Positions 46,418-56,115 of a stretch of 64,000 nucleotides of DNA are shown in pieces. The position numbers were made by a program, and so were the translations under genes. The notes under the pieces were generated by a model. That model did no database searches and was not told the origin of the DNA. It saw only the letters and a list, made by a program, of their open reading frames with translations. Every line of letters begins with the position of its first letter. Position 1 is the stretch's first letter. The stretch is from the IMG/VR virus record IMGVR_UViG_3300035704_000001, positions 86,823 through 150,822 of that record; one strand, given 5' to 3'. Origin of the DNA: a virus.

Positions 46418-49400
46418 TGGGCTTCACCTTCGCCGAGCCGTTCCCGGGCGTCACCGGCACGCTGACCGTGGCCCCGGGCACCCCGCCAGGCCCGGGCGGC
46501 TCCGGCGGGGCAGCCAGCCCGGCGCCCGGGGTGGGCTGGGAGATCTACGTCCGGTCCTGGCGGGACTACACCACGCTGCTGGCCATCATCCCGTACAAGA
46601 CCTGGACCGGCTTCCAGTTCGCCAAGCAGCTCAACGACATCGGCTCCGGCACGGTCACGCTCAACGCCGACGACCCGTTCTGGTCCACCCCCACCGCCGA
46701 CGGCTCGGCCGCCTTCGAGCTGCTGGACTACGAGTGCCTGTGGCAGTTCTACCAGGACGGCGTGTGCCGGATGGAGTTCCTGGGCGAGACCATCACCGAG
46801 CAGCTGGTAGACCCGTCCGAGCAGCGGATCATCACCGTCACCGGGCCCGGCTCGATCGCCACCCTGAAATGGGGCATGGCCGCGCCGCAGGGCTTCCCGA
46901 ACATCGTCCTGAAGCTCGACTCGATCATCGACCCGTTCGACGAGGTCGACATCAACGGCAACCCGGTGCTCGACACCAACGTCTGGGACATCGTGAGCCC
47001 GGCCGGGTGCGCCTTCCCCACGCCGATCGCAACCATCTACAACTACCCGGCCGGGGCCGGCTACCCGCTGTCCGAGCTGTACCCGTCGGGCACGCTGACC
47101 GTCAACGCCACCGCAGGCACCTCGGTGTGCGCGACCACCCCCTACGACGCCACGGACACCCTGGTCTCCGCGCAGGTGACCCCGGTCGGCGCCTCGGGCA
47201 CCCAGACGGACAGCAACGGCAACGCGGTCAGGTACGGCACGAACCTGAACGGCTCGGAGCTGACCCAGTTCTACATCCAGAGCCTGAAGGACCCCAGCAA
47301 GTACGTGATGTTCGGCCTGTCCTCCGGTCAGTTCTACTGCCAGGCCGTGACCACCTCGGGCACCTTCACCAAGGTGCTGCCGGCCTACGACAGCAGCAGC
47401 CACTCCTACTGGATGATCACCGAGCAGGGCGGCTCGGGCGGCGGCAACGGGACGTACTACTTCTGGACCTCGGCCGATGGCCAGAACTGGGTCCAGCAGT
47501 GGACCGTCGTGCACGACTGGGACGCCACCTACTGCGGCTTCTACCTGGCCGCCACGTACTCGATCACCGGCCAGTCGATGACCATCACCGACCTCAACTC
47601 GATGGTCACCACCCCCAGCTACCAGGGCAACCTGTACCTGGGCGAGCCGATGATGGGCATCTGGTACGACCTGCTGCTGGCCTGCCAGGCCCGCGGCACC
47701 ATCCCGTTCGTGACCACCGCGACGGGCCCGGCGCTGGACAGTTTCGGACGTTCGTGGGCAGACATCCAGAACGTGCAGGTCACCAACGGCACCGACCTCT
47801 ACACGCTGCTGCAGAACGCGTGCGCCGCGGTCAACGCCGACTACTGCATGCAGCCGGGCTTCCTGCTCCAGGTCGGGCTGACCGAGCAGGGCGCCATCAG
47901 CCTGGGCACCGACCGGTCCAGCCAGATCGTCCTGCGCGAGGGCCGCGACTTCCTGACCAAGACCCGGGTCCGCTCGCGCAGCTCCCTGCAGAACATGATC
48001 GGCGCGGAGAACACCGACGGCCACGAGATCTCCGCCTCCAACTCGTCCTCGTTCACCCAGTGGGGCCAGCGCGAGGGCTGGTTCCAGACCTCCGCCCAGG
48101 TGGACCCGCAGTCGCTGGCCATCGCGGCCGCGGCCGCCGTCGCTGACACCGCCCTGGAGGTGCTGAGCTATACCGGCACCGTCCCGCCGAACACCCCCGG
48201 CAAGACCGTCTTCCAGAGCTACGACGTCGGCGACTGGCTGGGCATGGAGCGGCCGGACTTCTCCGCGACCGACGCGGTGCGGGTGGTGGCCATCGCCGTC
48301 TCGGTGGACTCCACCGGGCTGGAGTCCGACGAGCTGACCTTCGAGAGCTACGTGCAGTGGCTGGAGGCGCAGCTGCTGTACGTGGCCAACAAGCTAGGCG
48401 GCCAGTTCGTCAACATCCCGGGCACCTCGCCGGTGGCGCCGTCCAAGTACGGGACGGGGCAGGTCCCGACCTGGTTCACTCCCGCCCAGACGCTGGCCGG
48501 GCTGGCTGACGTGGTGGGCTCGGGGGCCTCGCACGCCGCGCCGCTGGTCTACAACCCGGCGACCGGGCAGTGGCAGGCCGGCGGGTCCACCGACCCGGTA
48601 ACCGGCAACGCGATGGGCATCTCGCTGCTGGGCGCGGCCATCGCCCCGGACGGCGGCGGCACCCCGGTGGCGGCCGCGTCCTCGGTCAACGTGATCCCCG
48701 GCCAGGGCGTGACCGTGACCAACTCCGCCACCGGCGCTACCGTCAGCACCGGGGTGCAGTCCGACGGCACCACCACCACGGTGGTGGCCGGCGCGCCGCC
48801 GCCCGCCGCTCCCGACGCGCCCACCGTGGTGGGCGGGCCCGGCACCGTCTCGGTCGGCTGGGACGGCCTGCTCGGGGGAGCGGGCCCGCTGAGCGACTTC
48901 GCCTTCGTCCAGGTGCACGTCTCGACCACCACGGGGTTCACCCCGTCCACGGCCACCCTGCAGGGCACCATCCACCTGGGCGGCGGGGTCTACACCGTGT
49001 CCCGGCTGACGGCGGGCACGACCTACTTCGCCAAGCTGGTGGCAGTCAACCAGGCTGGCGCGACCAGCACCGCCAGCACCCAGAACTCCGCGGTGCCGAT
49101 CACCACCGGCACCACCGCCACCATCAGCGCGACAGCGCCGGTCTCCCCGCGCACGAACGACCTGTGGTTCGACAGCTCCAACGGGATGGAGCTGAAGGAG
49201 TGGAACGGCACGGCCTGGGTGCCGTTCCAGTACGGCACCAACGCCATCTCGGCCGGGGCCATCACCGCGGCGCAGATCGCGGCGAACACCATCACCGCGG
49301 CGCAGATCGCCTCCGGCACCATCACCGCCACCCAGATCTCCGCGGCCACCATCACGGCCGGCCAGCTGGCCGCCGGCATCGTCTACGCCGGCATCGTCAA

Positions 49401-50217
49401 CGGCACCACCGTGATGGGCGCCACCGTGGTGGCCGACGGCACCAGCGGCGAGATCCTGGTCTACTCGGGTACCCCGGCCAGCGGCAACCTCATCGGCTCC
49501 TGGTCCGGGTCGGCCGGCACGGACGGCCAGGGCAACCCGTATCCCCTGGGCCTCATGGCGCAGGCGCTGGTCATGCCCAACCAGTCCTCCCCGCCGGCCG
49601 CGGTGTCCGGGGCGTCCTCGCTGTACTCCTCGGTAGCCGGGCGCCTGTTCTACCTGTCGTCGGCCGGGGTCACCGCCGCGCTGGAGCGGTCCCAGGTCAA
49701 CGTCGCCTCGTTCACTGCCGGCAACGTCACCTCGCCGGCGGTCATCAGCGCCCCGCTGGCCTACCTGGCGAACGAGGGCGCGCAGTCGTCCGAGTTCGAG
49801 ATCGAGATCGACGGCCTGGTGACCACGGCCAACACCGGGCAGTCCACCCAGACGCTGACGTTCCAGCTGGACGTGGATGCCTCGGTGCTCGGCGGGCAGT
49901 TCACCGTCGGCGCGGTATTCCTGCCGGTGGGAGGCAAGACCTTCTCCTACACCATCCGGTTCCGGCTGGCCATCCAGACCACCGGCGCCTCCGGTACCTG
50001 CTCGATCGCCGCTGACGGCCAGATGGCGGCGTCCGGGGTCAACGCGGGCTCGACCACCACGCCGGTGCCGACCATCGCGGTGGGCGCCCAGTCCGGGCCG
50101 TCCAAGTCGTTCGACTCCACCTCGAACCACACCCTGCAGGTGTACGCCAGCTGGGGCGGCAACTCCACCGGGCAGGCGCTGACTACCGTGCGGACCAAGA
50201 TAGCCCGCCGGATGTGA
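46417..50217 (+). CDS. large minor tail/baseplate hub-fibre protein with Fn3-like domain
   Basis: KQLNDIGSG N-terminus, LTAGTTYFAKLVAVN Fn3-like, ITAAQIA repeats. Confidence 0.8.
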   Translation: MGFTFAEPFPGVTGTLTVAPGTPPGPGGSGGAASPAPGVGWEIYVRSWRDYTTLLAIIPYKTWTGFQFAKQLNDIGSGTVTLNADDPFWSTPTADGSAAFELLDYECLWQFYQDGVCRMEFLGETITEQLVDPSEQRIITVTGPGSIATLKWGMAAPQGFPNIVLKLDSIIDPFDEVDINGNPVLDTNVWDIVSPAGCAFPTPIATIYNYPAGAGYPLSELYPSGTLTVNATAGTSVCATTPYDATDTLVSAQVTPVGASGTQTDSNGNAVRYGTNLNGSELTQFYIQSLKDPSKYVMFGLSSGQFYCQAVTTSGTFTKVLPAYDSSSHSYWMITEQGGSGGGNGTYYFWTSADGQNWVQQWTVVHDWDATYCGFYLAATYSITGQSMTITDLNSMVTTPSYQGNLYLGEPMMGIWYDLLLACQARGTIPFVTTATGPALDSFGRSWADIQNVQVTNGTDLYTLLQNACAAVNADYCMQPGFLLQVGLTEQGAISLGTDRSSQIVLREGRDFLTKTRVRSRSSLQNMIGAENTDGHEISASNSSSFTQWGQREGWFQTSAQVDPQSLAIAAAAAVADTALEVLSYTGTVPPNTPGKTVFQSYDVGDWLGMERPDFSATDAVRVVAIAVSVDSTGLESDELTFESYVQWLEAQLLYVANKLGGQFVNIPGTSPVAPSKYGTGQVPTWFTPAQTLAGLADVVGSGASHAAPLVYNPATGQWQAGGSTDPVTGNAMGISLLGAAIAPDGGGTPVAAASSVNVIPGQGVTVTNSATGATVSTGVQSDGTTTTVVAGAPPPAAPDAPTVVGGPGTVSVGWDGLLGGAGPLSDFAFVQVHVSTTTGFTPSTATLQGTIHLGGGVYTVSRLTAGTTYFAKLVAVNQAGATSTASTQNSAVPITTGTTATISATAPVSPRTNDLWFDSSNGMELKEWNGTAWVPFQYGTNAISAGAITAAQIAANTITAAQIASGTITATQISAATITAGQLAAGIVYAGIVNGTTVMGATVVADGTSGEILVYSGTPASGNLIGSWSGSAGTDGQGNPYPLGLMAQALVMPNQSSPPAAVSGASSLYSSVAGRLFYLSSAGVTAALERSQVNVASFTAGNVTSPAVISAPLAYLANEGAQSSEFEIEIDGLVTTANTGQSTQTLTFQLDVDASVLGGQFTVGAVFLPVGGKTFSYTIRFRLAIQTTGASGTCSIAADGQMAASGVNAGSTTTPVPTIAVGAQSGPSKSFDSTSNHTLQVYASWGGNSTGQALTTVRTKIARRM

Positions 50218-50227
50218 TGGCCCTGGC

Positions 50228-50908
50228 TCAGCCCTGGCCCGGGTCCGCGGGGCCGGGTAAGGCCGGCGCCGGGCCCGGGTCGGAGAGCGCCATCTCCAGC
50301 GACTTGTCCATCGAGTCGAGCGAGTCGGTCACGGTCGCGACCATGGTCCGCAGGTGCACCTCCCACGCCGTGCCCAGGGCCCGGACCACGGTCAGCCGGT
50401 GCTGGGCCTCGGCCGGCGCCCTGGCCAGGATGTCCGCGGCGCGCTGGTGCGCGTCCGCCAGCTGGTCGCGCATCATCGCCTCGGCCTTCTGCCGCGTCTC
50501 CCGGATCAGGGCGTCCGCCTGCAGCCGGGCGGACTCGACGAGCTGGCGCCGCTGGCGCTGCCCGTCCTCCCCGACCTGGCGGGCGAACTCCTGGGCCTCG
50601 CCGACGATCTGCTCACCCTGGGCCTGCGCGTGCTGCAGCACGCGGACCGCCTGCGGGCCGACCTCCGCGGCGCCGGGCGGGGCGGCGTGTGCCCCGTGCG
50701 CCGGGACGGCCGGCGCGAGCCGGGCGGCTTCCTGCAGCTCCTGCACCAGCTCGTCGCGCTCGGTCAGCAGCGTGCGGATCTCCTCCACTGCCGCGCTGCG
50801 CATCTCGTCGACGACCTGAACGTCATACCCGCGCATCACCCGGGGGAGGTCCCACCCGCTGAGCTGTTCAGGAGTCAGTCTCGGGGTGGCCAGCAACCCC
50901 TCTTCCAT
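50228..50908 (-). CDS. DivIVA-domain coiled-coil protein
   Basis: LTPEQL...MRGYDVQVVDEM N-terminus, then long coiled coil (AVRVLQHAQAQGEQIVGEAQEFA). Confidence 0.75.
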   Translation of the reverse strand: MEEGLLATPRLTPEQLSGWDLPRVMRGYDVQVVDEMRSAAVEEIRTLLTERDELVQELQEAARLAPAVPAHGAHAAPPGAAEVGPQAVRVLQHAQAQGEQIVGEAQEFARQVGEDGQRQRRQLVESARLQADALIRETRQKAEAMMRDQLADAHQRAADILARAPAEAQHRLTVVRALGTAWEVHLRTMVATVTDSLDSMDKSLEMALSDPGPAPALPGPADPGQG

Positions 50909-50911
50909 CGG

Positions 50912-52036
50912 TTAACCCTCCCACCCGAAGTCCTCGACGTGAATGCGGGACCCGGGCATTCCTAGCGCCATCAGGCGGCCGGCGGCCGCCTGAACCATCC
51001 GGGACGGACCGCAGATGTAGGCGTCGCGGTCCTCCCAGGGACCGCCTCTCGCCACCACGTCCACGATGTTCCCGCGTTCTCCGTCGTAGTCAGGGGCCTG
51101 CTCTTCCGGGCAGGAGGCTGCGTGCACCACGCTCAGCCAGTCGTTCTCCGCGGCGAGCTTGGCCAGGCGCTCCAGGGCGTACAGCCCGTCCGGCTCGCGG
51201 GCGCCGAAGTACAGGGCGACCCGGGGCGGGCTCTGCCGCTGGCCGAGGCGCTGGCACATGGCCAGCATCGGGGCCAGCCCGGTCGAGCCGGCCACCATCA
51301 CGATGTCCCGGCCCGAGTCCTCGTCCAGGGCCAGCGAGCCGAGCGGCGGGCCGAGCCGCAGCCGGGAGCCGGGAGCCGCCGTCAGCGCCAGCGCGGGGGA
51401 CAGCAGCCCGCCGGCGATGACCTTGACGTGCAGCTCGGTGGCCCGGTCCGGGGAAGACACGGTGGCCGGGGTGTAGAACCGCCAGATCCGCGGGCGGTGC
51501 TCCAGCTGGACCGCCACCGACTGGCCCGGCCGCCAGTTCATCTGCTGGGACAGCCGGACGGTCAGCACGGCGACGTCGAACGAGCGCATCTCCGCGGAGG
51601 TGACCACCGCGTCCCACCACGGCGGGGTCCCGTCCTCGGCGGTCAGCGCCTCGCACATCACCTGCGCGACCAGGGCGTAGGCCGCAGCCCAGGTCCGTGC
51701 CGCCTCCTCCGTCCAGGACTCGCCCGCGAAGTAGGCGAGGGTGGCCAGCAGCGAGGTGCCGACCAGCTTGAAGTGCCCGGGCTGCACCCCGAACTTGCGG
51801 TGGTCCCGGCCCAGCCCGTGCAGGTACTCGGTCAGCCGGGGCAGGTCATCGACGTCGGTCACGATCTGCACGAGGGCAGCCAGCAGGCGGTCCCGCTGCG
51901 GGGCCATCAGCGGCGGGAACATGTCGATTACGTCGTTGCCGCCGGTGGCAAAAAGATGGGCGTAGAAGTAATCCACGATCTCGGGGCCCTGGGGGGCGAC
52001 GGCCGCGAATGTCTCCCTCAGGAGCCTGGTGTCCAC
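50912..52036 (-). CDS. hmp: flavohemoglobin (globin + FAD/NAD reductase)
   Basis: FYAHLF, LGRDHRKFGV proximal His, WRFYT, VAGSTGLAPM, YICGP. Confidence 0.9.
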   Translation of the reverse strand: MDTRLLRETFAAVAPQGPEIVDYFYAHLFATGGNDVIDMFPPLMAPQRDRLLAALVQIVTDVDDLPRLTEYLHGLGRDHRKFGVQPGHFKLVGTSLLATLAYFAGESWTEEAARTWAAAYALVAQVMCEALTAEDGTPPWWDAVVTSAEMRSFDVAVLTVRLSQQMNWRPGQSVAVQLEHRPRIWRFYTPATVSSPDRATELHVKVIAGGLLSPALALTAAPGSRLRLGPPLGSLALDEDSGRDIVMVAGSTGLAPMLAMCQRLGQRQSPPRVALYFGAREPDGLYALERLAKLAAENDWLSVVHAASCPEEQAPDYDGERGNIVDVVARGGPWEDRDAYICGPSRMVQAAAGRLMALGMPGSRIHVEDFGWEG

Positions 52037-52116
52037 TTCGCGACCCTACAACGCATGATCGCGGAACGTCAGGCCTAACCGGCAAGTAGCCAGGCGGGAG
52101 GACGATTCTCCCGGGT

Positions 52117-52770
52117 GTGATGAGCAGCGCTAAGGGCATCAAGTGGTACCCGAGGGTGCGGGTGGCGCGGTACTCGGTCCGCCAGACCCGGTTCGCTCAG
52201 GCCCGGCACGGGCCGGTGCTGCACGGGGACCTGCTGCGCGCGATGTTCAGCGAGCCGGAGGATGGCTACGCCCTCGACGAGGGCAACTCGATGGTGAACG
52301 ACGGGCTGACGAACCTGATCAGCCTGCTGACCGGGGCCGCGCCGAGCGGAGCGGCCGGCCGGCCGCTGACCCTCGGCGCCGGCGGCGCGGCTGCTGGCTC
52401 GGCCTGCGTCGGCGTCGGCTCCGACGGCACCACCATCTTCAATGCGGCCCAGGCCCACCTGGCGAACGCGACCGGCGAGGGAGCGGGCAACAGCTTCTAC
52501 CAGTCGATGGACTCGGGCTACCCGACGCTGACCACCCCGGCCCAGATCAACGGGCAGTCCACCTTCCAGCCGGGCGACGCCAACTTCGACTGGTTCGAGT
52601 GGTGCTGGGCTACCGGGGCCGGGGTGCCGACGCCGGGCCCGGTGCTGGGTTCCGTCTACGCGACCGCAGGGAGCGCCGCCATGCTCAACCGCAAGATCCC
52701 GCCGTCCGGGCTGGGCTCGAAGAAGGCCGGGGCGGCGTGGGTGTTCCAGACCACGGTGGGCTTCTCGTGA
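52117..52770 (+). CDS. putative virion structural/tail-associated protein
   Basis: NSMVNDGL...GVGS...DANFDWFEW; CGAT-N10 start. Confidence 0.6.
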   Translation: MMSSAKGIKWYPRVRVARYSVRQTRFAQARHGPVLHGDLLRAMFSEPEDGYALDEGNSMVNDGLTNLISLLTGAAPSGAAGRPLTLGAGGAAAGSACVGVGSDGTTIFNAAQAHLANATGEGAGNSFYQSMDSGYPTLTTPAQINGQSTFQPGDANFDWFEWCWATGAGVPTPGPVLGSVYATAGSAAMLNRKIPPSGLGSKKAGAAWVFQTTVGFS

Positions 52771-52958
52771 GCACGCACATCACCGCGGACCGGGCCCGCG
52801 ACAACGACGTGGTGCGGGCCCAGGACGGCACGGTCTACCAGCTGCTGGGCGGGCTGTGGTGCCACATGGAGATCGTCCCGTTCCTGGGCGACCCGTTCCG
52901 CCCCGAGGGGGAGCTGACGCTGCTGGCCCGCGACGGCGAGCCGCCGGGCCGGGGCTAG
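52767..52958 (+). CDS. small hypothetical protein
   Basis: GTGA coupling. Confidence 0.4.
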   Translation: MSTHITADRARDNDVVRAQDGTVYQLLGGLWCHMEIVPFLGDPFRPEGELTLLARDGEPPGRG

Positions 52959-52962
52959 CCCG

Positions 52963-53202
52963 GTGCACCGGCTGGAGTTCCTGCGCAGCCGCGGCTTCCA
53001 CCTGTGCATGACGATCGCCTGGGCGCTGATGTCCATCCCGACCGCGCTGTGGTGGAACAACTCGGTCCTGTGGGTCGGGGAGATGAGCGTCTACGCCTGC
53101 ATGACTACCCACTGGGGCAGTTACCAGGGCGCGCGGGCCGAGCATACGGCAGGCTCTGGCGGGGACGGAACCGAGGACGGAACGGGGGGGGGGAGAAGCT
53201 GA
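52963..53202 (+). CDS. small membrane protein
   Basis: hydrophobic Trp-rich 79 aa. Confidence 0.5.
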   Translation: MHRLEFLRSRGFHLCMTIAWALMSIPTALWWNNSVLWVGEMSVYACMTTHWGSYQGARAEHTAGSGGDGTEDGTGGGRS

Positions 53203-53428
53203 TGCGCGACACCTGGACCTGACGCCGGGCCCTGGCGGCCGTCCGGGCCCTCCAGGTAACGATCCGGTGAAGTCCCGGAGAGATTGTGCGGGGTTTTCAG
53301 CCTGATCTGACGGGAAAACGGGTGCTGACCTGGGCGGGGGAGATTACGCCGGGGATTTTCAGTCTCACCCTCTCGGGCGTACTAAGTACTGTCCTTCCGC
53401 CCCGGTAATAATTACAAAACCAGCAGCG

Positions 53429-53463
53429 AAAAAAGACCCGCTCCCCTGACCGGGGGCGGGTCT
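53429..53463 (-). terminator. intrinsic terminator of gntR
   Basis: AGACCCGC...GCGGGTCT hairpin with A6 on + strand (U6 on - strand). Confidence 0.75.
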
Positions 53464-53494
53464 CCTGCTGGAAGGCACCTTGACGGTGCCCAGC

Positions 53495-54226
53495 CTACGG
53501 CTCCATGTCCGACTCGATGACCCGCCCCTGGCGGACGATGAACTCGCCGTACTCCAGCACGGTGTCCCCCGCCTCCCAGACGTAGGTCTCGGCGAGCACG
53601 CACCCGTCAGCCGGCAGGTCGAGCAGCCGGGCCTCGCGGCCGTCGTCGAGCACCCGCCGCGCCTCGCGCGCCGCCCGGCCCCACACCAGCGGGGTGCCCG
53701 CCCGCCCGGCCACCAGCTGGGCCGCTCCGCCGAACCCGGGCAGCGGCTCCGGCCGCAGCAGCTCGGGCGCCAGGCTGGCGTAGTGCGGCGGTACCCAGGA
53801 CACGGACAGCATGAAGATCCCGGTGGAGTCCCCGGTCACCCACTCGCGCCGGATCACGTGGGAGACCACCGGGCCCAGCCCCAGGATGGGGCGGACGTAG
53901 GCCGGCACCGGGATCAGCTCCGCGGCCCGCACGAAAACGGACTCGCCGGCACTGGCCCGGCGCAGCCGCTGCTGCGGGCCGAGCACGTTGCGGGGCTCCG
54001 CCACGAGGGTGCCGGACCGGTCCCTGCTCTCGGTCAGCCGGGCGGAGGCCAGCAGCGCGTACGCCTGCTGCGCGGCCTGGATCGAGACACCCCAGGACCG
54101 GGCGGTCTCGCGGATGGACGGCAGCTTGTCACCCGGGCGGTAGCCGGGCTCGCCGGCGGCGATCTTCGCGGCGATGTGGTCGTAGATCTGGCGGTGCAGC
54201 GGAGACGATCTCTGGGCCCTGGGCAT
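53495..54226 (-). CDS. GntR/HutC-family repressor with UTRA domain (KorSA/TraR-like)
   Basis: QIYDHI...GDKLPSIRE...WGVS...AY..L...GTLV wHTH; C-terminal UTRA; divergent from transfer genes. Confidence 0.88.
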   Translation of the reverse strand: MPRAQRSSPLHRQIYDHIAAKIAAGEPGYRPGDKLPSIRETARSWGVSIQAAQQAYALLASARLTESRDRSGTLVAEPRNVLGPQQRLRRASAGESVFVRAAELIPVPAYVRPILGLGPVVSHVIRREWVTGDSTGIFMLSVSWVPPHYASLAPELLRPEPLPGFGGAAQLVAGRAGTPLVWGRAAREARRVLDDGREARLLDLPADGCVLAETYVWEAGDTVLEYGEFIVRQGRVIESDMEP

Positions 54227-54312
54227 CTGTCCGGGGCACCCCCTGTCATGAGAACCGTGCAGGTACCTGCCCAGCGTACGACGCAGCAGGATGGCTGCCC
54301 GGGAAGTTGTTG

Positions 54313-54335
54313 TGCATCTGTACGGTTCAGATACA
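54313..54335. promoter_or_regulatory. inverted repeat in divergent gntR/transfer promoter region
   Basis: TGCATCTGTAC-g-GTTCAGATACA. Confidence 0.55.
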
Positions 54336-54406
54336 TACTGAGTGGGAAGACCGGAGATTACCGCGGGATTCCCCGGTAACCGGTGATCTCCCCCAGGAGG
54401 CAGGCA

Positions 54407-54688
54407 GTGATCACAGCACTCGACCCGGGCACATTGCGCGGTGACGTGCTGGTGCCGCTGTCGATGGCCGCCCGCCGGATCGGCCGGACCAGCGAAACGC
54501 TCAAGGCGTGGGCGGACAAGTTCGGCATCCCGGCCGTCAAGGACCCGGGCGGCGACTGGCTCGCCTACCAGTCCTGGGTGGACGCGGTGCTGGCCTCGGC
54601 CCTGCCCGGGCAGGCCGGCTGCATCAGGACCGTCACCGAGCAGTGGTGGCGGACGCGGGGAGTCGTACTGGAAGGAGCAGCGGCGTGA
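54407..54688 (+). CDS. small HTH (excisionase/MerR-like) protein
   Basis: GGAGG SD; LSMAARRIGRTSETLKAWA...IPAVKDPGG.W. Confidence 0.65.
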   Translation: MITALDPGTLRGDVLVPLSMAARRIGRTSETLKAWADKFGIPAVKDPGGDWLAYQSWVDAVLASALPGQAGCIRTVTEQWWRTRGVVLEGAAA

Positions 54689-56112
54689 AGACCGCAGAGC
54701 AGGGCTGGAGCTGGGTCTCCGGCCACCCCACCGCCGCGGCGCTCGCCGCCATGGCGGCGCTGATCGCCGTCTTCATGCTGTACCGCCTCCTCCGCAAGGG
54801 CATCAGCGCCGCGCGGGGCGCGCTGAAGCCGGCGGAGGACGGCTCCGGCAGCGACGCGTTCATCGTGGTGGCCGCCCTGCTCGCCCAGGCCGTGGTGCTG
54901 AACGGCATGTGGGGCTTCGCCGGGCGGGTGCTGCACTTCGCCGGCATCGAGCGGGGATCGCTGTTCGCCTTCCTGGACGTGGCCATCATCGCCTGCGCCG
55001 TCCGGGCCCGCCGGAACATGCGCGAGTTCGAGCATGCCGGCGTGGAGGGCGTGGCGGTGTGGGCGCTGTCCGCGCTGTCCGGCCTGTTCGCGGCCATGGC
55101 CGCCAGCTCGGCCGGGGCGGCGGCCTTCCGGCTGTCCGCCCCGCTGGTCGCGGCCTGGCTGTGGCACCGGGCGATGGAGCTGGAGAAGCAGGAGCGGACC
55201 GGCAGGAAGCTGCACCTGCGGGTGTCGCTGGAGCGGGTGCTGGTCTGGATGCGGCTGGCCGATCCGGAGGAGCGGGAGACCACCGAGGTGGCGGCCTACG
55301 CCCGGCTGGCCCAGCTGGCCCGCCGGGCCAAGCAGCTGCGCGCCCTGCGCGCCGCCGGGGCCAAGACCGGGCGGCAGGCCCGGGCCCTGCGGCGGCTGGA
55401 GGGCGCGCTGAGCGCCGCCGTGGAGCACGCCCAGCTCGCGACCGACCCGGACCGCCAGGACCTCCTGCGCGACCTCATCGGCTCGCTGACGGCCGCCGGG
55501 AGCCTGGCCGAGCTGTCCGTGCCGCCGCCCTGGGACCGCGCGGCCGCCCCCGCGCGCACCACTGCCGAGCTGTTCTCCGACATCGCCCGCACGATAACGC
55601 CGGTCACCGGGACCCCCGACCCGGGGCCCCTGGAGCCGATGCACGAGGACACCGGGACCGCGCCGGGACCGTGGCTGCCGCCCGCCGACGCCGACCCGGG
55701 CCCGTCCGGCCCGGCTGCGCCGGCTGACGGGCTGCGGGTGCCCGCGGAGGTGGACGAGCTGCTGGCCGGCTGGGACGAGCCGCCGCCGGAGGACGACCTG
55801 GACGCGGAGGCGCGCGAGGTGTTCGGCCCGGCCCCGTCCCCCGGGCCGGAGGAGGCCGCCCCGGCGCCCGTCCACCACGAGGACGCGCCCCGCCCGGCCA
55901 CCCGGACGGCCGCCCCGGGGAAGACGGCCCAGCGGGCCCCGTCCGCCAAGTGGACGCCGGAGTCCGCGGGCCTGTCCGAGGACGAGGTGCGCGAGCTGGC
56001 GTCCACCCTGTCCCGCAACAAGCTCGCCGACCGCCTCAGTGTCAGCCGGACCGCCGCGGACCGGATCAGGAACGAGTACGGGCAGCCGCTCGCGCTCAAC
56101 GGAAGCAGGTAA
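54685..56112 (+). CDS. Spd-like multi-TM membrane protein with Pro-rich linker and C-terminal HTH
   Basis: about five TM segments, basic helix, SRNKLADRLSVSRTAADRI; directly upstream of TraB-like gene. Confidence 0.65.
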   Translation: MKTAEQGWSWVSGHPTAAALAAMAALIAVFMLYRLLRKGISAARGALKPAEDGSGSDAFIVVAALLAQAVVLNGMWGFAGRVLHFAGIERGSLFAFLDVAIIACAVRARRNMREFEHAGVEGVAVWALSALSGLFAAMAASSAGAAAFRLSAPLVAAWLWHRAMELEKQERTGRKLHLRVSLERVLVWMRLADPEERETTEVAAYARLAQLARRAKQLRALRAAGAKTGRQARALRRLEGALSAAVEHAQLATDPDRQDLLRDLIGSLTAAGSLAELSVPPPWDRAAAPARTTAELFSDIARTITPVTGTPDPGPLEPMHEDTGTAPGPWLPPADADPGPSGPAAPADGLRVPAEVDELLAGWDEPPPEDDLDAEAREVFGPAPSPGPEEAAPAPVHHEDAPRPATRTAAPGKTAQRAPSAKWTPESAGLSEDEVRELASTLSRNKLADRLSVSRTAADRIRNEYGQPLALNGSR

Positions 56113-56115
56113 GCC

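Noticed and set aside
49250-49380. ATCACCGCGGCGCAGATCGC tandem repeats
   Set aside because: Coding repeats (ITAAQIA) typical of tail fibre proteins, not a DNA-level element
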